DNA from: Mobula hypostoma
Taxonomy: Eukaryota
DNA length: 64,000 bases
NCBI RefSeq assembly: GCF_963921235.1
Contig: NC_086097.1
Location: forward strand, 201,502,001-201,566,000
Direction of reading: 5' to 3'
Below the pieces are notes generated by a model that was not told where the DNA came from, did not search any database, and saw only the letters and a list, made by a program, of their open reading frames with translations. Both the position numbers and the translations under genes were made by a program. Shown one piece after another: positions 1-12,725 of the stretch (within the stretch, counting starts at the first letter, position 1; the number at the start of each line of letters is the position of its first letter).

Positions 1-39
1 TTGAATAGATTTTAAAGAGTACAAAAACAGAAATACTGT

Positions 40-710
40 ATTTTTAAAAAATGTGGTAGTGTCCAAAGCTTCAATGTCCATTTAGGAATCGGATGGCAGA
101 GGAGAAGAAACGGTTCCCGAATCGCTGAGTGTGTGCCTTCAGGCTTCTGTATCTCCTACCTGATGGTAACAGTAAGAAAAGGGCATGCCCTGGGTGCTGG
201 AGGTCCTTAATAATGGACGCTACCTTTCTGAGACTCCACTCCCTAAAGATGTCCTGGGTACTTTGTAGGTAAGATTCAAGATGGAGCTGACTAGATTTAC
301 AACCTCTGCAGCTTCTTTCGGTCCTGTGCAGTAGCCCCTCCATACCAGACAGTGATGCAGCCTGTCGGAAGGCTTTCCACAGTACAACTATAGAAGTATT
401 TGAGTGTATTTGTTGACATACCAAATCTCTTCAATCTCCTAATCAAGTATAGCCACTGTCTTGCCTTCTTTATAACGTCATCGATATGTTAGGACCAGGT
501 TAGATCCTCAGAGATCTTGACACCCAGCTGCTCACTCTCTCCACTTCTGATCCCTCCGTGAGGATTGGTATGTGTTCCTTCATCTTACCCTTCCTGAAGT
601 TCAGTCAGCTCTTTCGACTTACTGATGTTGAGTGCCAGGTTGTTGCTGTGGCACCACTCCACTAGTTGGCATATTTCACTCCTATACACCCTCTCGTCAC
701 TACCTGAGTT
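40..710 (-). mobile_element. Rex/Babar-type LINE, 3' fragment
   Basis: ORF 71..424 carries the C-terminal motif HPGHALFLLLPSGRRYRSL...FFSSAIRFLN. Confidence 0.8.
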
Positions 711-1540
711 TGATGCCACTACTGAACTTGGATTTATTAACATTACATATTATTAAAACACTAAAAAAGCAAGAATTGGTTTAAATATTCAGTAATTATC
801 AACAAATGATTGAAAAGCATAATGCGTTAAGTTTGAACATGTGAATGCCAAACCTAGGCATGTTCAAAACCAAGGGTTCTGAGCAGCACAGCTCTACAAA
901 TTTATACAGTATATTAATAATATTATAAACAATGAAGTCACCATCTATAAAATGTTAGGAATATTCTGTTATTACTCCAGCTACTGAATTTTACTAAAAA
1001 GATTTGAGAGTAGAATGTACTAGAAAGAATTAAGGAAAAGAAGTACATATAAAAAAGTATTCAATTTACAATGTATTTCTTAGAAAATTAGCTGCCATCC
1101 TTATGCTCCCTCCTTCTTGGAAGCATAATTCCTGAGCACCACTCTGTTAAATTAGATCATTCATTTGCAGGCATGAGATGTTGCTGTTAAAGCTGTCGTT
1201 GTCAAGATTGATTCTTTGATTGAAAATACAAACGCATATGCCTGAGTAACTCTGGTGCAGTAGCTCTCTTATTTTATGAAGGTTTCCACTGACTTCTCAT
1301 TGTGACCAACTTTCATAAAATTTAACTTTTTTGGTTTATTACAAATCAGATGATGAACAACTGTTAGAATAATATGTATAACATTATAGCCATAAGGAAA
1401 TAGTTTAAGGTCCAAAATATAAGATATAGTAAAATTAGTCTTCTGGTTGTGTAGTTATTTTACTTTCTACATTACTGATTTTAATTTTTTTCCCCTTCGT
1501 GAATACATTGGACCTTATTCAACATTTGGTGGCGTTTCAG

Positions 1541-1543
1541 AAG
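1541..1543 (+). CDS. ASXL3: Probable 3-nt microexon (AAG) of the ASXL gene
   Basis: Context is ggcgtttcag|AAG|gtgaga. There is no other AG from 1455 to 1538, and a branch-point-like tactgat and a pyrimidine tract lie upstream. ASXL1/2 are known to have a 3-nt exon before the SGTSPLACL exon; AG+AAG+T gives Arg-Ser. Confidence 0.65.
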
Positions 1544-2051
1544 GTGAGAATTTGTGATATTTTGCTTTCTAAAACCTACTTTAATTGGATGTACTCTTTT
1601 GTTTTATAAGAAAATAAATATCTTACTTTTATATTTTTCTTGACTCAGATGGCCCACCATGATTAAAGATTATTCATATACTGTTTTATTGACAACCAAT
1701 AATGAAGTATTTGAGTTCTCTCCCACAAAAGAACTAAGACTGATAACTGATAGTTGGTAGTTGATCATTGATAATTATACAATCGTGCCAATTTGTGAAG
1801 AGATTAATTATACTAATATATATACCAACTTATTGGTATTAGTTTCAGGAATACAAATTTCATGTTAGCCTAAACGAAAATGCTATTTAATTGAAATAGT
1901 TATGGTAGTGTTTATATTTTCTTTTCATTCATATTACTGTAAATGTTGAAGCAATCCCCCTCGCCCTCTCCCGCCTCCCCCTCACCCCATTGAACTGCTG
2001 CTCACTGGATTTTTTTTTTGTTTTTCGCACCACTCTCTGTAAACTCTAGGG

Positions 2052-2134
2052 CAAGGTTCCCAACCTGGAGTCCACGGACCCCTCGGTTAATGATAGGGGT
2101 CTATGGCATTAAAAAAAAAGGTTGGGAACCCCTG
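2052..2134. mobile_element. Small hAT/Charlie-like MITE
   Basis: TIRs caaggttcccaacct / aggttgggaacccctg. A related copy in opposite orientation lies at ~19931-20010. Confidence 0.7.
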
Positions 2135-2139
2135 CTTTA

Positions 2140-2406
2140 AACACTGCTGTACATGAAAACTCCAGGTGATCAGCAATTTCTGGGATACTCAAACTATTTC
2201 ATCTGGCACCAGCAATCATTTTACAGTCAGCCACTTAAATCACATTTCTGATACATTCTGATGTTTAGTCTGCACACGACTGAACCTTTTGACCATTTCT
2301 ATATGCTTTTATGTGTTAAATTGCTGCCATATGATTGGCTGATCATATATTTGCATTAACGAGTGGGTGTACTAGTACTAGTACCTAATAAAGTGGACAC
2401 TGAGTG
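2140..2406. mobile_element. Tc1-like non-autonomous element remnant
   Basis: Ends in gtacctaataaagtggacactgagtg, a typical Tc1-type TIR. Confidence 0.6.
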
Positions 2407-2649
2407 AAAGTTCAAAAGTTTCCAGTAGATCAATGATAATTATGTCCCATGACTCCAATGATTGATCTACATTTAATACCTTCATAATTTTTTATAAGAA
2501 ATTGCTAAATTGGTAACTAAGAATGCCAAACTGTAAAGATTCAATTCACCTCAAGTTTAGTTTTCAGTTTTCACAGTATATTTCAGATCTACCCACACTC
2601 CCTTTGAACCTTGTATCTGAAATTGTAGAACCTCCTGTATTACTCAGAC

Positions 2650-3040
2650 CATGCAGAAGCAACACAAGTGGTTTGGCTTGCAGCTGGAGGAATTCATCAG
2701 GTCAGGCAGCATCTGTGGAAACAAATAAACTGTCGATGTTTAGGGCTGAGAGCCTTCTTCAAGACTGAAAAGGAAGGGAGAAGATGTCAGAATAAAAAGG
2801 TGGGAGGAGTGGAAGGAAAACTAGCTAGAGGGTGATAGCTGAAGTCAGGTTTGTGGGAAAGGTAAATGGTTGGAGAGGAAGAAATCTGATAGGAGAAGAA
2901 AGTGGACCATGGAAGAAAGAGAATAAGGAGGGGTGCCAGGGGAAGGTGATAGACAGGTAAGGAGAAGAGGTAAAAGGCCAGAGTGGAGAATAGAAGAGGA
3001 GAGGGGGAGGATAAATCACCAGAAGGAGACATCAATATTT
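2650..3040 (-). mobile_element. Penelope-like element, 3'/pLTR part (continues at 5400-5890)
   Basis: Collinear with the Penelope copy at 38850-39200. Confidence 0.75.
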
Positions 3041-3235
3041 ATTAGATTAGATAGATTAGATTAGATTCAACTTTATTGTCATTGTGCCGAGTACAGATAC
3101 AAAGCCAATGAAATGCAGTTAACATCTGACCAGAAATGCAAAGAATAGTGTTATTTACAAAATAACTGCGAATGAAAAGTAAGTACTACAGCACACAAAT
3201 ATAGAAGTACTGGGACAGTACAATATGAGTGCAAG
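3041..3235 (-). mobile_element. Rex/Babar LINE 3' UTR and (TCTAA)n tail (continues at 4908-5399)
   Basis: ttaga repeats followed by caactttatt (polyA signal on the minus strand). Confidence 0.7.
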
Positions 3236-4907
3236 GGAATCAGGTAGGGAAGTTAAGGAAACTATGATGATTAAAAAAGAGGAAGTACTGGCACTTTTAA
3301 GGAATATAAAAGTGGATAAGTCTACGGGTCCTGACAGGATATTCCCTAGGACCTTGAGGGAAGTTAGTGTGGAAATAGCAGGGGCTCTGACAGAAATACT
3401 TCAAATGTCATTAGAAACGGGAATGGTGCTGGAGGATTGGCGTATTGCTCATGCTGTTCCATTGTTTAAAAACGGTTCTAAGAGTAAACCTAGCAATTAT
3501 CGGCCTGTGAGTTTGACGTCAGTGGTGGGTAAATTGATGGAAAGTACTCTTAGATATGGTATATATAATTACCTGGATAGACAGGGTCTGATTAGGAACA
3601 GTCAACATAGATTTGTGCGTGGAAGGTCATGTTTGACAAATCTTATTGAAACTTTTGAAGAGGTTACTAGGAAAGTTGATGAGGATAAAGCAGTGGATGT
3701 TGTCTATATGGACTTCAGTAAGGCCTTTGACAAGGTTCCACACGTAAGGTTAGTTAGGAAGGTTCAATTGTCAGGTATTAATATTGAAGTAGTAAAATGG
3801 ATTCAGGGACGCAGTGGCTGGATGGGAGACGCCAGAGAGTAGTGGTGGATAACTGTTCATCAGATTGGAGGCTGGTGACTCGTGGTGTGCCTCGGGGATC
3901 TGTACTGGGTCCAATGTTATTTTTCATATACATTAATGATCTGGATGATGGGGTGGTAAATTCGATGTGTAAGTATGCAGATGATACTAAGATAGGTGGT
4001 GTTGTGGATAATGAAGTAGGTTTTCAAAACTTGCAGAGAGATTTAGGCCAGTTAGAAGAGTGGGCTGAAAGATGGCAGATGGAGTTTAATGTTGATAAAT
4101 ATGAGGTGCTACATTTGGTAGGACTAATCAAAATAGGACATACATGGTAAGTGGTAGGGCATTGAAGAATGCAGTATAACTGAGGAATCTAGGAATAATG
4201 GTGCATAGTTCCCTGAAGGTGGAATCTGATGTGGATAGGGTGGTGAAGAAAGCTTTTGGTATGCTGGCCTTTAATAAATCAGAACATTGAGTATAGGAGT
4301 TGGGATGTAATGTTGAAATTGTACAAGGCATTGGTAAGGCCAAATTTGGAGTATTATGTACAGTTCTGGTCACTGAGTTATAGGAAAGATGTCAACAAAA
4401 TAGAGAGAGTACAGAGAAGATTTACTGGAATGTTAACTGGGTTTCATCTCCTAAGTTACAGAGAAAGGATGAACAAGTTGGGTCTTTATTCTTTGGAGCG
4501 TAGAAGGTTGAGGGGGGACTTGATAGAGATATTTAAAATTATGAGGGAGATAGATAGAGTTGACGTCGATAGGCTTTTTCCATTGAGAGTGACGGAGATT
4601 CAAACAAGAGGACATTATTTGAGAATTAAAGGGCAAAAATTTAGGGGTAACATGAGGGGGAACTTCTTTACTCAGAGAGTGGTAGCTGTGTGGAACGAGC
4701 TTCCAGCAGAAGTGTTTGAGGCAGGTTCGATATTGTCATTTAAAGTTAAATTGGATAGCTATATGGACAGGAAAGGAATGGAGGTTTATGGGCTGAGTGC
4801 AGGTCGGTGGGACTAGGTGAGAGTAAGAATTCAGTATGGACTAAAAGGGCCCAAATGGCCTGTTTCCGTGATTGAATTTCCGTAATTGTTATATTGTTAT
4901 ATGGTTA
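3236..4907 (+). mobile_element. CR1 LINE, 5'-truncated, frameshifted ORF2
   Basis: RT motifs NYRPVSLTS, DFSKAFDKV, GSVLGP, KYADDTK, RRRLRGDLI; (gttatat)-like tail. Confidence 0.93.
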
Positions 4908-5399
4908 TACTGCTTAGCGCTGTGATGTGAGGTTCAGCAGAGTCACAGCCTCAGGTAAGAAGCTCTTCCTGTGCCTGCTGGTGCAGGAATGGAGGCTCCT
5001 GTAGCGCCTACCAGATGGGAGGAGAGTAAAAAGTCCAGGGATCGGGTGAGATGCATTCTTGATAATGGTTTTTGCCTGCCCAGGCAGCGTTTATGGTAGA
5101 TGTGCTCAATGGTAGGCAATTGGATGCCGATAATCTGCTGGACAGTTTTCACCACACACTGGAGTGCTTTGCGGTCCGATACGGGACAATTGCCATACCA
5201 CACTGAGATGCAGTTGGTGAGTATGCTCTCAATGGTACAGCAGTAAAAGTCTGTCAGTATCCTGGGATAGAGGTGAGCTTCCTTGATACTCCGCAGGAAA
5301 TAAAGGCACTGTTGCACCTTTTTGATCAGGATGGAGGAGTTCAGGGACCAGGTGAGATCCTCGGAATTGTGGACACCAAGGAATTTGAAGCTTGATTCA
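4908..5399 (-). mobile_element. Rex/Babar LINE ORF2 C-terminal fragment
   Basis: Motifs FKFLGVH..DLTWS and TIESILTNCISVWYG. Confidence 0.85.
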
Positions 5400-5890
5400 C
5401 CACCAGTTTGAAGGCTATCCAGATGGTGGTGGTGTTGCTCCTCCACCTTAAGTGTGGTCTCAACATGGCAAAAGAGGAGACCAATCATGTCGGAATGGGG
5501 AAAGGAATTAAAATGGTTGGCCACAAGGAAAGTCCACTTTTGGTAATGGAGAAAGGAACTCAATAAAGTGGAGTCCAATTTATGACGGTCTCATCAATGT
5601 AGATAAGAGACTGCTTCAGAAGCACCAGATACAATAGATGACCCCAGTAGATCGCAGGTGAAGTGGTAGGATCCCTTTGGAGATGATGAAAGTTGCAGAG
5701 AATAATGTGTCGGATGCGAAGGCTCGTGGAGTGGTAGGTGAGGACAAGAGGAACTTGTTAAACCTGATATTAAATCTGATTTTGATTCTGATTCTGAGAC
5801 TTAGGAACTGAGAAAAAGGAATAGCATTTTTTACAGAAGACAGGGTGGGAAGAGGTATAGTCAAGATAGCTGTGGAAATCAGTATATCAT
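5400..5890 (-). mobile_element. Penelope-like element, GIY-YIG region remnant
   Basis: VANHFNS..HSDM..GLL...EEQH; collinear with 37560-38430. Confidence 0.75.
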
Positions 5891-6229
5891 CAAGATAAGG
5901 CTAGGTTAATGCTTGTAGTATAGTCCAGTTTGATGAATGCTGGAGTCCTAAGGAAGATGAGATAAATTACCAATTATATTTGTATTTATTTAATGACTCC
6001 AAAATCTGTATTGAGTGAGGATATATCTTCGAGGAGCATGAGAATGACCAATTTACCACATTTTTAAAAGGAACCCTGCTAATTATAGATAATTACATGA
6101 CAGATAGACAGTGCATACAATCTTGGCAGCAATCAGTATTCTGTAATTTTGTCACAGTTTGTCAAGCCAGATGAATTAGAATACAACGTCAAACAAAGAG
6201 TAGTGATTGTCTAACAAGGTGGATTTACT

Positions 6230-6760
6230 GATTTACTGAAATTATTGGAACTGATTATTAGGGTTAGTATTTATATAATATGAAAAACATGAACTTATTT
6301 GGCAAAATCATCATGGATTTGTACAGGGGAGGTAATCCTACAGGCCTGATTTGGAGTTTTTTTAAGATGATTGACAAGTGTCGAGCAGTGGAAGTTGTCT
6401 ATGTGGACTTCAGCAAAACGTTCAACAAGGTTCTGCGTGGTGGGCTGATCCAGAAGATTAAGGGACATGGGTTCCATGTTGGTAGATTCAATCCAAGAGT
6501 TGTCTGGCCATCAAAGATGAAGAATAGAGGTTGATCAGTGTTATTCTGATTGGAGTTTGCCCGAGAGGTGTTTTCCAGTAATTTCCCTATCTTGGATATA
6601 AAGCTCACCAGCCTATATCTTCCTAGTTGGTCCCTATCGCCTTCAAACAAGGGAACAACATTGGCTATTCTCAAATCCTCCAGGACCAAGCCTGTTGCTA
6701 AAGAGGATGCAAAACTCTCTTGCCTCTTTCTATAACCTTGGGCAGATCCTATCAAGCCAT
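6230..6760. mobile_element. Degraded CR1 fragments in both orientations
   Basis: VYVDFSKTFNKV on the plus strand and RIANVVPLF..YRLVS on the minus strand. Confidence 0.7.
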
Positions 6761-6978
6761 TGGGATGGATGTGGCTCATTTGCCCCTCACTAACACCCGC
6801 CAGACTGCGCAGTGAGAAAACCACCTTTCTAGGCTACGTACATCTAGCATAGCTATGACTCGGGTCCCACCAAACCTGGGAGGTTGTGATACTTTTCCCA
6901 CCTGAACCCCAATCTGTGTGAATACTGTATTGTGTTATTACTGCAATTGCAGTAGAGTAGTGTGTGGTAAACCATATA

Positions 6979-7190
6979 TGTGTTGTAACTGGGTTAACTG
7001 TCTGGACATGCCCCTCTGCTGACCACCCCTGTGGCTCCTCCCACAGATTCTTGAATAAAGGTGATTTTGCTTGCCTCTCCCCCTCAGTCCAGGGGCAGAC
7101 ACTCACCATGGAGGTCGTATTGTACAGCAAATAAAAGCCTTTCAGTATTTTACCCAACTTCAGTCTTTTGGAGTTATTGAAGGTGCTTCA
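6979..7190 (+). mobile_element. Possible LTR remnant
   Basis: TG...CA-bounded segment with AATAAA motifs, interrupting old CR1 sequence. Confidence 0.4.
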
Positions 7191-7860
7191 TAATGTAACC
7201 CCACTATTAAAGAAAGAAATGAGGGAGACATGGGGAATTTAGCCAGACTTAACTGTACGGGAAATAAAATATGAAAAGAAAATGGACAGACTCAACACAG
7301 ATGTACAAAGGAGAAATCTTATTTATCAAATCTGTTAGAGATTTTTGAGGTTGTAACTAGCAGAAAGGTTACAGAGGAAACCAGTAGATGTTTGTATTTG
7401 AGCTGGCATTTGATAAAGTGCCCTACAAGATGTTATTAATTAAAGTTAGAGCACGTGGAACTGTGGTAATGTGGGATATAGGATTGGTTAACAGGTAGAA
7501 AATGGTTTGGGACTAGTGGAGGGCTGCAGGCACCTGTGCTCAAGCCTCAGCAGTTCATGTTGTATGCAGTGTTTTGAACAAGAGGATCAAGTACATTAAG
7601 TCCATTTTTTTGAAGAAACAATCCTGAATGCGGAATGGGTTATAGGAAGAATGCCAAGAGTCTTTTTAGTGGGATATGGAGAGGCTAAATAAATGGGAGA
7701 GAATGGCGTATAGAGTACCATGTTTTTAAAGCATAGGAAGAGATTTTTTTTAATGAGGAATTGAATGGTACTCATCATCAGAGGTACCTGAGTGCCCTCT
7801 TACCATCTTACATCATCACTGAAATATAACAAACAATTAGGTACATAAGTAAGTCCAAAT
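7191..7860 (+). mobile_element. Old, heavily degraded CR1 fragment
   Basis: Decayed RT-region similarity (gcatttgataaagtgcc = AFDKVP). Confidence 0.55.
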
Positions 7861-7869
7861 ACAAGCATA

Positions 7870-9325
7870 TGGACGTTTTAGGTTCCGAAGGATTGGAGGG
7901 TTGCGGATGTTGTTCCTTTATTCAAGAAAGGGAGTAGAGATAGCCCAGGAAATTATAGACCAGTGTGTCTTACCTCAGTGGATGGTAAGTTGATGGAGAA
8001 GATCCTGAGAGGCAGGATTTATGAACATTTGGAGAGGTATAATATGATTAGTAATAGTCAGCATGGCTTTGTCAAGGGCAGGTCGTGCCTTACGAGCCTG
8101 ATTGAATTTTTTGAGGATGTGACTAAACACATTGATGAAGGAAGAGCAGTAGATGTAGTGTATATGGATTTCAGCAAGACATTTGATAAGGTACCCCATG
8201 CAAGGCTTATTGAGAAAGTAAGGAGGCATGGGATTCAAGGGGACATTGCTTTGTGGATCCAGAAATGGCTAAACACAGAAGGCAAAGAGTGGTTGTAGAT
8301 GGGTCATATTCTGCATGGAGGTCAGTGACCAGTGGTGTGCCTCAGGGATCTGTTCTAGCATATCTGCTGTTTGTGATTTTTATAAATGACCTGGATGAGT
8401 AAGTGGAAGGATGGGTTAGTAAGCTTGCTGATGACACAAAGGTTGGAGGTGTTGTAGATAGTGTGGAGGGCTGTCAGAGGTTACAACAGGACATTGATAG
8501 GATGCAAAACTGGGCTGAGAAGTGGCAGAATGGAGTTCAACCCAGATAAGTGTGAAGTGGTTCATTTAGGTTGGTCAAATATGAAGGCAGAATATAGTAT
8601 TAATGGTAAGACTCTTGGTAGTGTGAAGGATCAGAGGGATCTTGGGGTCCGAGTTAATAGGACGCTCAAACCAGCTGCGCAGGTTGACTCTGTGGATAAG
8701 AAGGCGTATGGTGTATTAGCCTTCATCAATCATGTTTGAATTTAGGAGCCGAGAGGTAATGTTGCAGCTATATAGGACCCTGGTCAGATCCCACTTGGAG
8801 TACTGTGCTCAGTTCTGCTCACCTCACTACAGGAAGGATGTGGAAACCATAGAAAGGATGCAGAGGCGATTCACAAGGGTGTTGCCTGGATTGGGGAGCA
8901 TGCCATATGAGAATAGGTTAAGTGAACTTGGCATTTTCTCCTTGGAGCGACGGAGGATGAGAGGTGACCTGATAGAGGTGTATATGTTGATGAGAGGCAT
9001 TGATCACGTGGATAGTCAGAGGCTTTTTCCCAGGGCTGAAATGGTTGCCGCAAGAGGACACAGGTTTAAGGTGCTGGGGAGTAGGTACAGAGGAGATTTC
9101 AGGGGTAAGTTTTTTACTCAGAGTGGTGAGTGCGTGGAATGGGCTGCCGGCAACAGTGGTGGAGGCAGATACGATAGGGTCTTTTAAGAGACTTTTGGAT
9201 AGGTACATGGAGCTTAGAAAAATAGAGGGCTATAGGTAAGCCTAGTAATTTCTAAGGTAGGGACATGTTCGGCACAACTTTGTGGGCCGAAGGGCCTGTA
9301 TTGTGCTGTAGGTTTTCTATGTAGA
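7870..9325 (+). mobile_element. CR1 LINE (second subfamily), 5'-truncated
   Basis: QHGFVKGRSCLT, DFSKTFDKVPH, HLEYCAQF, RRRMRGDLIEVY; tttctatgt tail. Confidence 0.93.
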
Positions 9326-9329
9326 TAAG

Positions 9330-9985
9330 ACAGTGGTGAGAAATATTGTTTATAGGGTCAGTCTCCCTACCTTCAGAAGGATATTATTGCAATGCAGGGA
9401 ATACATCAAAGATACATTGAATTGATTCCTGGGATAGGTGTGTTGTCATATAAGAAAAGATAATACAGACTGGGTTATTCATCTCTCACTGACTACTTCT
9501 GGAATGAAGGGATTGTCATGTCCTGAGCATTTAGAAGAATGGAATTCTTGATGGAATTTTCACAAGAACCAAGTGGAAAGCAAATATGTTGTGAGAAGTG
9601 CTCACGCATTTATATATTTTACTGAAACATGTGAGATCCTCAGGGGGCATGCCACGGTGGATGTTAAGATGTTTTCCCTAATGGAACAATTTCAGACTAT
9701 TAGGGAACAGACAGTTCTAACTAAAGAAGTGCATCAGAACTTCTACCTACAGGTGGTGATGAACCTGGAATTCTCTACTCTGGATGGTTATGGAGGTGAG
9801 ATCATTGGGCTATTTACTAAGGAAGCAGATGCATTATTGAAATTATGGAATAGAGAGCTAGGTGGGACTGGCACTAAGGAAGAAGTGCGTCCAACCATTG
9901 AGCCTGTCAGCCACGATCATATTAAATGGCAGGTTAGAATTGAGGGGATGAGTGAACAACTCCTGCTCCTGTTTTCTTATATTCT
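9330..9985 (+). mobile_element. Old CR1 3' fragment carrying a 70-bp host-derived insert
   Basis: Decayed CR1 3' end terminating in ctcctgctcctgttttcttatattctt. Confidence 0.6.
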
Positions 9986-10060
9986 TATTCAATTGAATTC
10001 CTAGGCAAGATATTTTTCCATAAGGATCAACTTGAGTAGCAGAACAAATTAAAAAATTTA

Positions 10061-10137
10061 TGCAACATACATCAAAGTTGCTGGTGAACGCAGCAGGCCA
10101 AGCAGCATCTATAGGAAGAGGTGCAGTCGACGTTTCG
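10061..10137 (-). mobile_element. Penelope pLTR fragment
   Basis: Matches 37171-37240 and ends within the hammerhead motif (gtcgacgtttcg). Confidence 0.8.
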
Positions 10138-11054
10138 TACTCGGAAAGTATTTCTTTAGCTGTTCAACATCTTTCAATGCTGAAAGAGACAAAAAAAAAG
10201 GCAGCATTCAATTAATTCAGCAAGTTTTCAGTTAGAACTTGCCTCTTTAATGATAACCATGGAACTGCTGATATTCGTAAAAACTCTATGGTTCCTTCAA
10301 GAAAATCTGCCTTGTTTATGTTCTAGTCTACATGTGACTTAGACCCACAATGTAATTGACTTTCAATGTTTTCTTCAGTTCAAAGACTTGGGTTTTTAGG
10401 TTGAACTCTAAATATCAGAATTTACAGCATTATAAACATCCTATGCAATAATAAAAATAAGTAAATCATAGCATAAATATAGTTGTGAATTGGCATTTTA
10501 GGTGGCAATAATTGAGTGAGTGTATACTATGTGAAAGGCATTGTCGCAGATTTCTTTTCCTTGAATACAAAGTCAGATAGTTTGCATGATGTGCTAACAA
10601 GTCACATATGCAACAAATGACTTCTGAGAAGGAAAAGAAGTGAAGCATATGTTGTAGCAATGCCTCCCAACCCCCCACTTCCAGGTCATTCAAATGCATT
10701 TTCCTTTATTCGTTGAATACTGATACTCTTGAACTTTCCCCTTCTTTGATCATTCTGGCATTTTAGAACATGAGTAGTTTCTTGGATTTCTACCATATGA
10801 ATTAAGGTTTGCCTTTAGTTTATGTAACACATAATTTAAATTAAATTAGATTGTGATTTCACTTGGATTTTGGTTTATTAAGTGTCTGGTAGTTATTTTT
10901 ACAAACGCTCAAGACTAAAATTTGCTTTTCATCTCTGCTATTGTGATGTAAATGCTGGTCAAGGTTGATGGAATTTGCACAAAGTCCAAGTGGAAAGTGA
11001 ATGTTTTGTGAGAAGTGCCCACACATTTATATATGCATCTGTCTCTCAAATCAG

Positions 11055-11163
11055 TGGAACCTCGCCTCTGGCCTGCCTTAATGCCATGCTTCACACCAAT
11101 GCTCGTGTGGAAGATGGAGCTTTCTGTCGAATTCCAGGAAAGATGGGTCTTTATGCTCTTAAA
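11055..11163 (+). CDS. ASXL3: ASXL coding exon, HARE-HTH (ASXN) domain: (S)[36 protein letters not shown]
   Basis: tcag acceptor ends at 11054 and gtaagt donor starts at 11164; 109 bp; peptide is the ASXL N-terminal signature. Confidence 0.95.
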
Positions 11164-12725
11164 GTAAGTAAATACAAAACTTGTTTAAAGACAAAGTACC
11201 TTTATAAAAGCTTAATGTTATTTGGAAATATGAAAATCATTGGATTGCGTGTTTTTCAACTAAGTCACAGGAAATATTGAAAATGTCATATTTGATCAAA
11301 AGAGAAAAGCTTACTGCTCACAGTAATGCTACAGTATAACTGATAAATTCACTAGAGTACATGATGACAAAGGCACCATTCCTTGCAATCCACTTGGGTT
11401 TAATTACTAACTGAGATTTTTAATAGTGCTGAATTCGTATTTCTTGTTTTGCCTTTAATCAATTGTATATCCAGTAATGTACGAACAATTTAAGCACTTT
11501 CATTATGTATAAAGATACAACTTACAATTAGCTTAACCTTATGCATCTCAATGGCAGACAGATCTCATTGAGGTTACATTTTCTATAATATGTTGTGTGC
11601 ACTGATTAATTAGTAATATTGATACATTACCAAATGTAGAGACCTCAACTATTCTTTAAGATCAAGCATTTTTAGAAGATATTTATTTTAAGCCTTATCA
11701 TCTCTTTCAGAGAGGTGAAAATATTTACAACAACATACTCTTTTGAACTTCTTTGCTTCTATTTTTTGACACAAACTCGTTAGCTGTATTGTGCATAGTA
11801 GTGAGGATAATGATTGGTTAATAGGTTTCTCATGCTGTGGTTGGTTTGTAAGCAGAACTCCCTGATCAGCTAGATTCATTTATTTGAGCTGGTGGTCAGA
11901 GTATACCATTGCTGCAGAAATACTGAAATAATGCAAGAATATTGCCTATTTTAACAAGGATTCTTCTCAAGGCAGGTATTTTGGGGAACAATACCACACT
12001 GCAATGTTAGCATAACTTAAGTACTCAAATGCCACCTTGGAACTTAAACCGTGACCTGTAGATTCAGTTGCAAGAATACGATCAGCTGAAACAAGGTGGT
12101 ATTGTATTGTAATCAGGTTGAAAAGTAATTAGAAGTACAAACAATTGTTAAGCTGCAATTTAAATACTGATTTTTATTTGCTGTTGAGGAAGGATCAGAG
12201 AGTGGTGACCCAAGACACATTCAAATTCCCTGGTTATTGCTATGTATTTTATTATTAATCTGAAAAATGATAACCTCAGTGATGGCAGTACTTAGTGTAC
12301 CACTGAAATGTTTAAATATTGATATATTGAATCGCTTTTATTCAGAATTTTGTGGTTTCTTGTCATTCACATTGTTATCCCAAAATCATTTAAGAAGGCA
12401 CAGATTCAGGAAAAGGCAACCTGACAGATACTGACAGGTTTGTACTTAACTGTAGCCTGGATATTGATGTCTCTGGCTGCAAACAACAGTTGTGAGCTGA
12501 AGGAAGTAAACTTCCAGTATAACAGCTCTGCATTAGTTGTCAATATACCGTACAATGGCTGTGAGGCAAAAATAAGCCATTTGCTTTATGTACAGAGCAA
12601 ATCTAAGCAAGGTTGATAAACTACCTTCTGTTCAAAAAGAACATAATTGTTGCAGTGTTTTATATTGTAAGTGTTTCTGAAGAAAAGATGGACATTTACT
12701 AACTTAACTGCTTTTTTATCAACAG

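Noticed and set aside
10975..11280. 101-aa ORF as a stand-alone gene
   Set aside because: Only 11055-11163 is exon. The rest is read-through into intron past canonical splice sites.
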